From a virus (lineage: Duplodnaviria > Caudoviricetes), in IMG/VR virus record IMGVR_UViG_3300027804_000136, positions 1 through 34,270 of that record: DNA of 34,270 bases. The stretch is one strand, 5' to 3'. The notes beneath the pieces are model-generated. The model saw nothing but the letters and a program-made list of their open reading frames with translations. It ran no database searches and had not been told where the DNA came from. Below are positions 9,037 to 17,729 of this stretch, one piece after another. Numbering within the stretch: position 1 is the stretch's first letter; every line of letters starts with the position of its first letter. The translations under genes and the position numbers were made by a program.

Positions 9037-10095
9037 CTATACTTGTTCATAAGTAAATGATAAATAAAGAACTGTATTTGTATCTACTGTAAATGGAGAT
9101 GTTGAATTAATAGCAAGGTCTGTTGTTGTGGTTTGCCTTATAGTATATAATTCAAATTTATTAGTAGCTGCTATTAATCTAGCTTTTAATGTATAATAAT
9201 CACCAAGTGTTCCATTATAAATACTACCACAAATATATTGATTAGATCTTGCAGGATTTTTACCAGATGGTAATGTTAAACTGTAAATAGTTCCATTTCC
9301 AAATCCACTAGCAGGAAAATCTACATTTATCTCTACATGAACTAATTTCCCTGTTTCAATAAAAAAACCAGTATTTGTTGAAGAAATTACAGTAGGAACA
9401 GCATCAGTAAGTACTGGAGAATATGTTCCAGTAGTTTGACCTAATCCAGAAATACCTCCAGGACTTATATTTAAATTTGGGACTAAGTTTCCAGGATTAT
9501 TTCCAGGATATAACAAGTCTAATACTTGTACTATAGCTGTTGGACTAAATGAAAGAACTTGAAAATAACCACAATTTTCAATGTAAAGAACTTGACCAAC
9601 AGACATCCACAAAGTAGATGTTGATACTGTTATTATGTATTCATTAACTGGACCAGCAGCAATTACTGATGTTTTTGTAAATGCATTTACACCTGCTGTT
9701 CCATTAGTTCCATTTGTTCCATTAGTTCCATTTGTACCATTTGTACCATTAATTCCTGTTGCTCCAGTAATAGATAATGTCCAAGATGCAAATGTTCCAC
9801 TTCCAAAAGAATAATCTGAAGTAATTGTTACACTGCTAGAACTAACTGCAGTTATTAAACCCTCCATATAAGCAACATTACCTATTGCTGAAACACGTAT
9901 TCTTGTTAAAACAGTCCACCCTAAATTTAATAAATTTGGTGTTAATGCAAATGTTATTGATCCAAGTGAAGCTATTGTATTAGAAGTAACGCTAGCTGCA
10001 GTCATACTAGCATTTAACCCAGCAACACCTTGAGGTCCTGCAGGGCCAGAATAAACAACTACTGCGTTTACATTATCATTACAATTTACACACAT
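9037..10095 (-). CDS. Collagen-like fibre protein
   Basis: G-X-Y runs (GPAGPQGVAG; GATGINGTNGTNGTNGTNGTNGTAG) and N-terminal CxxC. Confidence 0.7.
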   Translation of the reverse strand: MCVNCNDNVNAVVVYSGPAGPQGVAGLNASMTAASVTSNTIASLGSITFALTPNLLNLGWTVLTRIRVSAIGNVAYMEGLITAVSSSSVTITSDYSFGSGTFASWTLSITGATGINGTNGTNGTNGTNGTNGTAGVNAFTKTSVIAAGPVNEYIITVSTSTLWMSVGQVLYIENCGYFQVLSFSPTAIVQVLDLLYPGNNPGNLVPNLNISPGGISGLGQTTGTYSPVLTDAVPTVISSTNTGFFIETGKLVHVEINVDFPASGFGNGTIYSLTLPSGKNPARSNQYICGSIYNGTLGDYYTLKARLIAATNKFELYTIRQTTTTDLAINSTSPFTVDTNTVLYLSFTYEQV

Positions 10096-10127
10096 TTTAT
10101 TATATATTAATATAGTTTATTTTTAAT

Positions 10128-10700
10128 TTAATTGCAAGTTTTACAATTAGAATTTCTGCATATTTTTTCTAATAAAGCTTTTGCTTTTAAATAATTTGTA
10201 TTATTTAAACATGAAGCAGCATTTTTTAAAGATTGTAAAAGGGTTTTAGCCTTAGTATAATCATCTAAATTTTTTGTATTTTGTTTATTGCACATGCAGT
10301 CATCTAAATCTATTTTAGTTAATAGTTTAGCAACACAACATTCTGATTGGCAATAAAAATAGTAACCTTGTTCAACTACATATTGAGTTGTGTATACATC
10401 AGTTATAGTGTATTCAAAGTTCCAAAAACCATCTTCTACAGAAGTTCTTCCACCAAGAGTAGCTAAAACTATTGTTGTTGATAAGTCTGGATTGTCACTA
10501 GGGGGTATTGAGATTGTATAGGTAGTTAAATCTGGTGCAGTTATAACTAAAGAACCACTAACAGCATTAGCTATAGTTATATTAGGAGCACCATACCCAT
10601 AAGGGTTTGTTGTTGCATTATACACACCAGTTGTTTCAGTAAATGATAGTGTAGAACAATTTGCTGTTAAGCAGAGTTGTATTGTGGGTCTTAATGCCAT
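10128..10700 (-). CDS. Cys-rich structural protein (crAss-like virion module)
   Basis: Ig-like N-terminal half and helical Cys-rich C-terminal half (CC, CMC, CRNSNCKTC). Confidence 0.55.
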   Translation of the reverse strand: MALRPTIQLCLTANCSTLSFTETTGVYNATTNPYGYGAPNITIANAVSGSLVITAPDLTTYTISIPPSDNPDLSTTIVLATLGGRTSVEDGFWNFEYTITDVYTTQYVVEQGYYFYCQSECCVAKLLTKIDLDDCMCNKQNTKNLDDYTKAKTLLQSLKNAASCLNNTNYLKAKALLEKICRNSNCKTCN

Positions 10701-10714
10701 ATTTAGTTTGATTT

Positions 10715-10758
10715 AAAAAAATCCCAAGCCGAGATATATAAATAAAACGGCCTGGGAT
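10715..10758 (-). terminator. Rho-independent terminator after the 423-aa capsid-associated gene
   Basis: On minus strand ATCCCAGGCCG / CGGCTTGGGAT stem followed by a T-run. Confidence 0.75.
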
Positions 10759-10779
10759 AAACAACAAAGGGTAAAAGTA

Positions 10780-12051
10780 TTATATAGAAATGTTGGCAAA
10801 GGCTCTTGGAGTAGTTGTCATCCAACCATCAAGAACAGCCTTTAGATTTGTGCCAGCAGTGGAGAGTGAATTGTATGCTCCAGCAGCATTAATTGCAGGT
10901 ACAGCTATAGTTACTGATTTATTAGCTACAGCAACAACTCCTGTTGGAGTGTTAATAGCATCATTAAATTCAATAGTTATAGTATCATACTTATAACGAA
11001 CTTTTGCAGCAGAAGTAGTCATTGTTGAACCAGTAATTACACTAGTTAAAATAGCTACAGTAGCACTTATAAAATATTTAATTTCATAATTAATACCACC
11101 TAATTCCACTTTTTCTCCTGCACGAACAATTGCAGCAACAGTAGCACTAAAAGTAACTTTGTCTTCACCTGCAGTTCCTGCAACAGTTGGAGTAATTGCT
11201 AAACTTGATACAAGCGCAGAAGTACTTGAATAATCAAGAACTGGAATAGGCCATTGACGTCTGTTCATAACTCCTTCAGTTCCAAAACACTTATTCTCTA
11301 AAGAATAAACTTGATTGTAAGTACCAGTTCCATAAGCAAATGCTTGTATTTGAGTACAAGTAGTTGTAGTTCCAAAACCAGTAGCATCATTTACAAATAC
11401 TGCAAAATAAACTTGGTTTAAGGTATAAGTAGTATTGATAAATTGTTCAACATCTTTAGATGTAATTTCAACACCATAGTTACTTGCACCATTTAATCCA
11501 TAAGCTAAATTTCCATCACCAACAACAACAGCAATAACATTCTTTTTAAAAGAACTATTGTTAATTGAACTAGCAACTTGAGTTGCAATAGATAATTGAG
11601 TTGCAGTAGTTGAAGATGTAAAAGATACATTTAATACTTCTGGACGCTCAGAATAGATAAATTTATCATTCTTAAAACGGATTGTGTAGTTGTAAGTAGT
11701 ATCAGGATTAACTTCAATAGTTCCTGTTGCTGCAGAACGACTGTATCCTAAAGCCCAAACTTCACGTTTAGCTGGAGAATAAGAATCTGCTTGATAAGAA
11801 ATAACTGAAGCTCCATCAATTTTACTTGAACGCTTTACATAACTAGTTCCTGAAGAATCAGTTTTGCCTTCTACAATATAAATTGCAGGTTGTGTTGTGA
11901 TTGTATCTCCTCCAGCAGGATTCAATGCAGTCATATCAGCTCCATAAACACCAACGATGCCTGAAGTTACTGAAGAAATTGTAGCATTATCAGCTGGTAA
12001 CCCTGTACCATCACCAATAAAAATGCTTTGTACTCTGTTTAAATTATTCAT
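10780..12051 (-). CDS. Putative auxiliary capsid protein (crAss-like)
   Basis: Size, Thr/Ala/Ser-rich beta composition, position downstream of MCP/ring genes, own terminator. Confidence 0.55.
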   Translation of the reverse strand: MNNLNRVQSIFIGDGTGLPADNATISSVTSGIVGVYGADMTALNPAGGDTITTQPAIYIVEGKTDSSGTSYVKRSSKIDGASVISYQADSYSPAKREVWALGYSRSAATGTIEVNPDTTYNYTIRFKNDKFIYSERPEVLNVSFTSSTTATQLSIATQVASSINNSSFKKNVIAVVVGDGNLAYGLNGASNYGVEITSKDVEQFINTTYTLNQVYFAVFVNDATGFGTTTTCTQIQAFAYGTGTYNQVYSLENKCFGTEGVMNRRQWPIPVLDYSSTSALVSSLAITPTVAGTAGEDKVTFSATVAAIVRAGEKVELGGINYEIKYFISATVAILTSVITGSTMTTSAAKVRYKYDTITIEFNDAINTPTGVVAVANKSVTIAVPAINAAGAYNSLSTAGTNLKAVLDGWMTTTPRAFANISI

Positions 12052-12076
12052 TATTTTTTAAGTTTAAAATTAATAT

Positions 12077-12487
12077 TTATATTATTTGAAAATTTACTGT
12101 TAATGCACTATTAAGAGCTGTTGCTGTATGAACATTTCTTAATTTTACTACAAATGAACCATTAGAAGTTGATGTAATTGTTGCTACTGGACAACCTGTT
12201 CCAGAATTACCAACAGTTACTATAACTACTGAATTAGAAAAACATTTGTTATTAGTTACTGTAAATGAACCACAATCTGTACTAGCAGCTGTAGTTAAAG
12301 CAAATGTTGTAACAACACCTGATTGTGCATTTAAACTAACACCTGTGCTTATTGATGTTAATTGAGTAACAGTCTTTTTTTCTGTCATTGCAGTTATCAT
12401 ATCTGCAACCTTACCACCCAAGACTTTAGGGTTGGTTATCATAGTTCCTAAGAAGTATGCTGGTTTAATATTGCTTATTTTAGCCAT
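12077..12487 (-). CDS. Small beta-rich virion (head fibre/decoration) protein
   Basis: VTQLTSISTGV.LNA.SGV.TT motif; all-beta composition. Confidence 0.55.
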   Translation of the reverse strand: MAKISNIKPAYFLGTMITNPKVLGGKVADMITAMTEKKTVTQLTSISTGVSLNAQSGVVTTFALTTAASTDCGSFTVTNNKCFSNSVVIVTVGNSGTGCPVATITSTSNGSFVVKLRNVHTATALNSALTVNFQII

Positions 12488-12507
12488 TTTTTTAAATTTT
12501 TTTTTAG

Positions 12508-13167
12508 TTATTCTTTTTGATTATCTATTATTGGTGTAAATGTTTGATTACGTTTTCCTTCTATTCCTTCTAATGCTATCTTAATAGCTTCATCTACTAT
12601 TTCCTGATGAGTATGTTGTGATAGTGAGAATGTCACATTACCTGATAAAGAAACTGGTGTTGGAGTTCTAATGTATCTATAAACATATTTTAAAACTGTA
12701 CAATCACTTGCTGGAATAATCTCTACATAATTTTTATATAACAATCTAAGAACTTTTGTTTTGTCTGGCCCTTTAAATGGATCATTTTTAATCAGTTCAA
12801 GTTGCATATGTGTTGCTGGCCTAACCTCAACTTCAATTCCATTTATTGTTATATAGTCATTAACTATAACTGTTGAACCTTCAAAAACAATTGTTCCAGA
12901 AGTACTTACTGTCCTTAATTGAACTATAAGTGTTTCACCAGTATCAGAAAACAAATCTACAGCAGCAGTTCTTGTTAATGTTCCAGTATTATTTGTAATT
13001 GCTATAGAACCACTATTTAAGTTATCTGAAAAATCAGCAGCTACAGTTGTTCCAGAATTAGTCCAATATAATGTTCCAGTTCCAAAATCAGTAGTTACTA
13101 CTGAATAAGTTACAGTTTCTCCTTCTCCAATAACAGACTTGTCTTTAGTATAAGTATAAGTTGGCAT
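12508..13167 (-). CDS. Calx-beta/Ig-like domain fused to the C-terminal half of a crAss-like ring (gene 74-like) protein
   Basis: Residues 1-105 Ig-like (EGETVTY, LYWT, ADF, SGSI, ETLIVQL); C-terminal DPFKGP...YIRTPTPV...HTHQEIVDEAIKIAL resembles ring-protein C-termini. Confidence 0.6.
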   Translation of the reverse strand: MPTYTYTKDKSVIGEGETVTYSVVTTDFGTGTLYWTNSGTTVAADFSDNLNSGSIAITNNTGTLTRTAAVDLFSDTGETLIVQLRTVSTSGTIVFEGSTVIVNDYITINGIEVEVRPATHMQLELIKNDPFKGPDKTKVLRLLYKNYVEIIPASDCTVLKYVYRYIRTPTPVSLSGNVTFSLSQHTHQEIVDEAIKIALEGIEGKRNQTFTPIIDNQKE

Positions 13168-13172
13168 ATTAA

Positions 13173-13541
13173 TTAAGTTGAAATTGTAAATGTTGTATTA
13201 CAAGTTGCACAATTTATATATGCTTTTTCCCAAATTATAAACCAATTATCAGAAGGAAGTGTAAAAAACGCAGAATTAATTGCAGTTCTACCACTTGAAA
13301 TTGTTGTAGAAGGTGAAAGAATCTTGCTTTCTAGTATCTCTTTTAAATCTTCAGTCCTTTTTTCATCTTGCTCAAAACCAGTTCTTTTAATATTAGTGTT
13401 ATCATAACGCTGTTTAATAAACCTTTCTTGAGCTTGATTTAAAAGCAAGTCGATTTCTTCAGGCAAGAAGTTTGGTGCATTTAAACCATCCATCTTGTCT
13501 AAACCAAATCTAAATGCTCTATGTGCTTCACTTATAGTCAA
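13173..13541 (-). CDS. N-terminal half of a crAss-like ring (gene 74-like) protein
   Basis: F...LDK......FLPEEIDLLLNQAQERFIKQRY...GFEQDEKRTEDL motif; TTG start; two genes after MCP. Confidence 0.65.
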   Translation of the reverse strand: MTISEAHRAFRFGLDKMDGLNAPNFLPEEIDLLLNQAQERFIKQRYDNTNIKRTGFEQDEKRTEDLKEILESKILSPSTTISSGRTAINSAFFTLPSDNWFIIWEKAYINCATCNTTFTIST

Positions 13542-13542
13542 T

Positions 13543-14346
13543 TTATTCTGTTTTTTTAGATTTCTTTAATTTACCTTCTAATGATAGTTTAACAGATTGA
13601 TTCTTAGGGTTGTTAAAAAACTGTACACATTCTTCAGTACTATTTGCAATAGTGTCATCACCATGAACGTAGTAATTACCTGAGCGTTTTATTAACTTCC
13701 TTTCAACCAATTCTTGAACAAACATTTTACCTTTAATTTCTTTATCAGTTATGATATCAAAAAAGGTTTTTGGGTTTTTCTTCATTTCTTGCATTAAATG
13801 TGCTGATGCAACATCATCACTCATTAAGTCAAGACCTGATTTACCAAATAAACGTAGAGCTCCTTTTTTCTCTTCTCCTGTTAAAGATAAGATTAGTTTC
13901 ATTCCTTCTAGTTCAAAGTTTAAGGTCTTAAGTTCTTCCTTAGCTTTTAATTCTTCATCATCAATGTAGAACAATATGCCTGGTTTACTTCTTCCTATTT
14001 CTGAATTAGCCACATCTGTGTGAGCTAAAAGCACTTTATATTTTAACTGATTTAATGGATTATCCAATACAATCTCAGTTTTTTTATCATTAAACAATCT
14101 AAAAGGATGTTCAACGTTAAAAATTTCTCCCCACCATTTGCTATGTTTTGTTAGCTCATTGGGTTTTAAATCTAGTGCTTTTTCAAAATATCTTTCTTCA
14201 TCTTCAGTTATTCCTGTATTAAATCCACCCTTTGCACCCAACTGGCAAGTTAATACTGTTACTGACTTTGGATAAGATACTAATCCAAAATATCCTACTT
14301 TAGGATTTCTTTTAATCTTTATTAATTCTGGTCCTTCAAATTTCAT
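13543..14346 (-). CDS. Conserved crAss-like capsid-module protein (gene 75-like)
   Basis: Directly downstream of MCP; TG.T..EE..FEK.L, W, LD..NP and VANS motifs. Confidence 0.6.
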   Translation of the reverse strand: MKFEGPELIKIKRNPKVGYFGLVSYPKSVTVLTCQLGAKGGFNTGITEDEERYFEKALDLKPNELTKHSKWWGEIFNVEHPFRLFNDKKTEIVLDNPLNQLKYKVLLAHTDVANSEIGRSKPGILFYIDDEELKAKEELKTLNFELEGMKLILSLTGEEKKGALRLFGKSGLDLMSDDVASAHLMQEMKKNPKTFFDIITDKEIKGKMFVQELVERKLIKRSGNYYVHGDDTIANSTEECVQFFNNPKNQSVKLSLEGKLKKSKKTE

Positions 14347-14403
14347 ATGATTTTTTGTTTGTTGTTTGTTTTTTAAATTACTTTTACCTTTTTAAAAAAA
14401 AAT

Positions 14404-14430
14404 AAAAGGTGTATTGGAGGCACACCTTTT
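14404..14430 (-). terminator. Terminator/attenuator hairpin after MCP
   Basis: AAAAGGTGT...ACACCTTTT inverted repeat followed by T-runs on the minus strand. Confidence 0.7.
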
Positions 14431-14445
14431 AAAGCCTTTGAATTT

Positions 14446-15906
14446 TTAAGAAATAGATTCTACGTCTAAGATGAATTGACCTGCATCAGTTGGATCTTTC
14501 AACATGATACCACACTCACTTAATACGTGGAATTCATAACCATCTACTGGGCTAGATGAAGTACCGTTTTTCTTCATACCATATGGAGAAGCTAATCCTT
14601 CAATATAAGTTGAAGCCATTTCACGACCATTGTGGTATACTTTCATAACGTTAGACTCACCATTGCTATTCATCTTAAAGTTTAAGAAAGTAGCTTTGTA
14701 TGATTCAGCTGGTTTACCAGTTTGTGGATGTAAAGTACGGTTACGTACTACAGAGTTATATAAAGGACATTCTTTAAGTGTAATTTTATCACCATTCAAA
14801 CCTACATAAGTTTTGAACTGACCACCTAAAGCTAATTCTTGACCTGTACCAGTAATGAATTTGCTATCTACTAAAGTGTAGTTAGACATTGATTTTTTCA
14901 TAGCTTGGTCAAACAAGTTCATAAATTGACGTCCACAAAGTGCAACGTATTCACGAGGTCCATCTTCAGTACCATTGTATGATAAATCATCCATAAAGTC
15001 ACGAAGAACTTGTTCAGTTAAGTTTGTATACTTACGCTTGTTAGCTGGAGCAATTTGCTCTTCTAAACCAGCACCAGTAAAGATAGGATTACCAGAAGTA
15101 CCTTTCATAGAAGTAGTACCGTTTTTATTAACGTTACCCTTACCATAGATATAAGCAATTTCCATTTCATCCATCCATTGAGCCCAAAATTCCCACTCAG
15201 CGTATTTCACCCAAGTATAAGAAACTTCTTTGCCAGTTGGATTCATCATTCCAATTTTTAATACTTTTGCTTGTGCAGCACCTGAAACAGAATACATTTT
15301 ACGAAATGTAGTCATGTAATTCTCCATCATAAATGGTGTAGCATAAACTGTATCTCCTGAAGTACGAGAATGATCATGTTCAACAACGTTGAAATCTTTT
15401 GATAATTCTTTTCCTTGAGCCAATAAAGACTGAGGAACATACATAGTAGGATCTTTTGTTACTAATTGTAAAGTGTATACAAAATCAGTACCATCAGAAT
15501 AAGGCTCTTCCATTACACGAACAGAGTAGCTATTATCATCTAATACTAACACGTCACCTAGGCTAAACCATTTTTCAGGTAAACCAATGCGGAAAGTTGT
15601 ATTAGCAATACCAGGAGTTGAAGCACCATCATTATAAGTTGATTGAGCTACTGAAATAGGAACAGCTTTTTGGCTATCTCCCATTAAAGGCCAACGGTAA
15701 ACAATATTGTCTAATCCTTTGGTTCTTCCAGTTCCTGAAGTTAAAAATGATAAAGCGTTTTTGTAGCCATTCATTTTGTTATACACACGAACAATTACTT
15801 CTGAAGCCAATGCTGGCTCAGTTAAGAAAAAGTTTGATAAGTGAGATGCCTGAGTTAAACCTGTGTGCCAGTTACCAGTACTTATCTGTAAGTCATTTAA
15901 TTGCAT
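14446..15906 (-). CDS. Major capsid protein (crAss-like, HK97 fold)
   Basis: 486 aa; GAGLEEQI and ECPLYN motifs; terL-portal-scaffold-MCP order; highly expressed codon style. Confidence 0.85.
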   Translation of the reverse strand: MQLNDLQISTGNWHTGLTQASHLSNFFLTEPALASEVIVRVYNKMNGYKNALSFLTSGTGRTKGLDNIVYRWPLMGDSQKAVPISVAQSTYNDGASTPGIANTTFRIGLPEKWFSLGDVLVLDDNSYSVRVMEEPYSDGTDFVYTLQLVTKDPTMYVPQSLLAQGKELSKDFNVVEHDHSRTSGDTVYATPFMMENYMTTFRKMYSVSGAAQAKVLKIGMMNPTGKEVSYTWVKYAEWEFWAQWMDEMEIAYIYGKGNVNKNGTTSMKGTSGNPIFTGAGLEEQIAPANKRKYTNLTEQVLRDFMDDLSYNGTEDGPREYVALCGRQFMNLFDQAMKKSMSNYTLVDSKFITGTGQELALGGQFKTYVGLNGDKITLKECPLYNSVVRNRTLHPQTGKPAESYKATFLNFKMNSNGESNVMKVYHNGREMASTYIEGLASPYGMKKNGTSSSPVDGYEFHVLSECGIMLKDPTDAGQFILDVESIS

Positions 15907-15935
15907 TTTAAGTTATATTTTAAGTTTATAAATAT

Positions 15936-17111
15936 CTATTGTATTTTTCTGAAAGCAGCAAATGGATTACTTCCATCTTCATTTCCATAAGTTGATCCTC
16001 CTGAGATTTTCTCCTTACTTGTCTTGCTGTAATTTTTAAGCATTTTACCAAATTTGTTACTAACCTTAGTCTCAACTTGTTTCTCTAATTTAGAGATGTC
16101 AAAGTCTAACATTGATTGTAAAGCAAATAAAAGTGATGCTTCATTGTTATTGTCTATTGAGTTTTGATATGCAGTTTTACCTGTACTTCTATCAATAGCT
16201 GTCATATGGTCCCAAAGCTTTTCTTTTAATTTTGGAGTAAGTTTAAAACCTTTAATATTTTCTCTTGAAAACAGGTCATTTTTAAATCCATCCCAATATT
16301 GCTTTTGAGCTTCCTTTTGCTTAACAGCTTGTTGTTTTTGAATTTCAACAATCTCTTGCTTTTGAATAGCTTCATTTTTTTGTAGTTTAACTAATGCAGA
16401 TTTAGCTCTTTTTTCTAAAGTACCATTATCTCTCCATTCATCAACCATATCTCTTATTTCATCTTCATCTTCACCACTTAATCTTAATGACTCTTCAACA
16501 GCTAATGCTTGTTTGTTTTCATCTTCAATATCAAATGACTCCCATGAATGATTGCCATAATAAACATTTAAAAAATCTTTAGGCTTACCACCACTTTGAA
16601 CAAATTCTAAAAATTTAGAGTAATCTGCAGGTAAATCATTAACCCATTTAGTAATCCTGTTTCCAACAGTTTTATTAACTAGCTTTTCAATACCTTCTTC
16701 TGATTCTTCAAAATCTTCATCTGAATCATCAAAATCAAGGACTCCTTTTTGATAAAGGTTCTTTGTGAATTCTTTAAAAGCTGAGGTCTCTTCATTATCT
16801 GAATCATCTGAATAATCAGAATCATCTTCAAAATTACTTTCTTTGAATTGACTGCTTTGAATTGTTTCACCTTTAGCCTTTTTAGCTGTTCTTTCAGCTA
16901 TCTTCTCAAGTGCCTTGTCAGCTTTCTTTAAACGGTCTTCTTCTGTTTCAGAAGTTTCAGTTAAATCATTAGGTTCTTCCTTAAGAATCCCCTCTTCACC
17001 ATCCTGAATATCATCTTCATCAGATGGTGGTGCAAACTCTCCTTTTAGTATTTTAAATGCCCCAAAAGGATTGTCTATTAGGTCTGTTGTGTTGTTTTTA
17101 CTTTTTCCCAT
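15936..17111 (-). CDS. Acidic coiled-coil scaffold-like protein (gene 77-like)
   Basis: Very D/E-rich N-terminus, coiled coil; immediately upstream of MCP. Confidence 0.7.
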   Translation of the reverse strand: MGKSKNNTTDLIDNPFGAFKILKGEFAPPSDEDDIQDGEEGILKEEPNDLTETSETEEDRLKKADKALEKIAERTAKKAKGETIQSSQFKESNFEDDSDYSDDSDNEETSAFKEFTKNLYQKGVLDFDDSDEDFEESEEGIEKLVNKTVGNRITKWVNDLPADYSKFLEFVQSGGKPKDFLNVYYGNHSWESFDIEDENKQALAVEESLRLSGEDEDEIRDMVDEWRDNGTLEKRAKSALVKLQKNEAIQKQEIVEIQKQQAVKQKEAQKQYWDGFKNDLFSRENIKGFKLTPKLKEKLWDHMTAIDRSTGKTAYQNSIDNNNEASLLFALQSMLDFDISKLEKQVETKVSNKFGKMLKNYSKTSKEKISGGSTYGNEDGSNPFAAFRKIQ

Positions 17112-17199
17112 GTTGTTATAGTATTAAATATAATAATAATTGTTATATTTTGCAAGCTTTAGAGTAAATTAAATCTTTACCCTTATGGCTATTTGTTTT

Positions 17200-17724
17200 T
17201 TACTTTTCTTTTAATTCATGATCAAATAGACGTAATGCTATCTTATCAGTACCAAAAGTTTCTAATTGATCAACTAAGGTTTGTACTTTACCCATCTCCT
17301 CTTGTTGTTCATTTAAGAATTTAATAGCAAGTTGATAAAGCAAATGATTACCTTGTTTTAAGGCTTGAACTGCTAAATCATTACATTGCTTAGTAACCAT
17401 TACTTCATGATCAAATGACTTTCTTATGATGTCAGGAAGACCTGCAAATGATTGAGGTGGTTCTTTTAATGAAGGTACTTTAGGCATAACGCCCATATCT
17501 AACAAGAAAGTCTTAGCCCAACCTGCATGAACCATTTCTCCATCAGCATCTGTCTGCCAAACTTTATGAGCATGAATATACCCATTATCATTTAACCATA
17601 AAGACATTGCGTGGTAAAGTCTACTAGAATACTCTTCTTGTTCTATTCTGTAGTTTAAAATATCAATACACTCTTTTGTTGCAAAAGGGTTTTTTGATAC
17701 ATTTGTAAAAGCTGGTAATGCCAT
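17200..17724 (-). CDS. Ferritin (non-haem FtnA-like)
   Basis: LN.RIEQEEYSSRLY.AMS.W, EMVHA, HEVMVT, FLNEQQEE ferroxidase-type four-helix bundle motifs. Confidence 0.85.
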   Translation of the reverse strand: MALPAFTNVSKNPFATKECIDILNYRIEQEEYSSRLYHAMSLWLNDNGYIHAHKVWQTDADGEMVHAGWAKTFLLDMGVMPKVPSLKEPPQSFAGLPDIIRKSFDHEVMVTKQCNDLAVQALKQGNHLLYQLAIKFLNEQQEEMGKVQTLVDQLETFGTDKIALRLFDHELKEK

Positions 17725-17729
17725 TTTTT

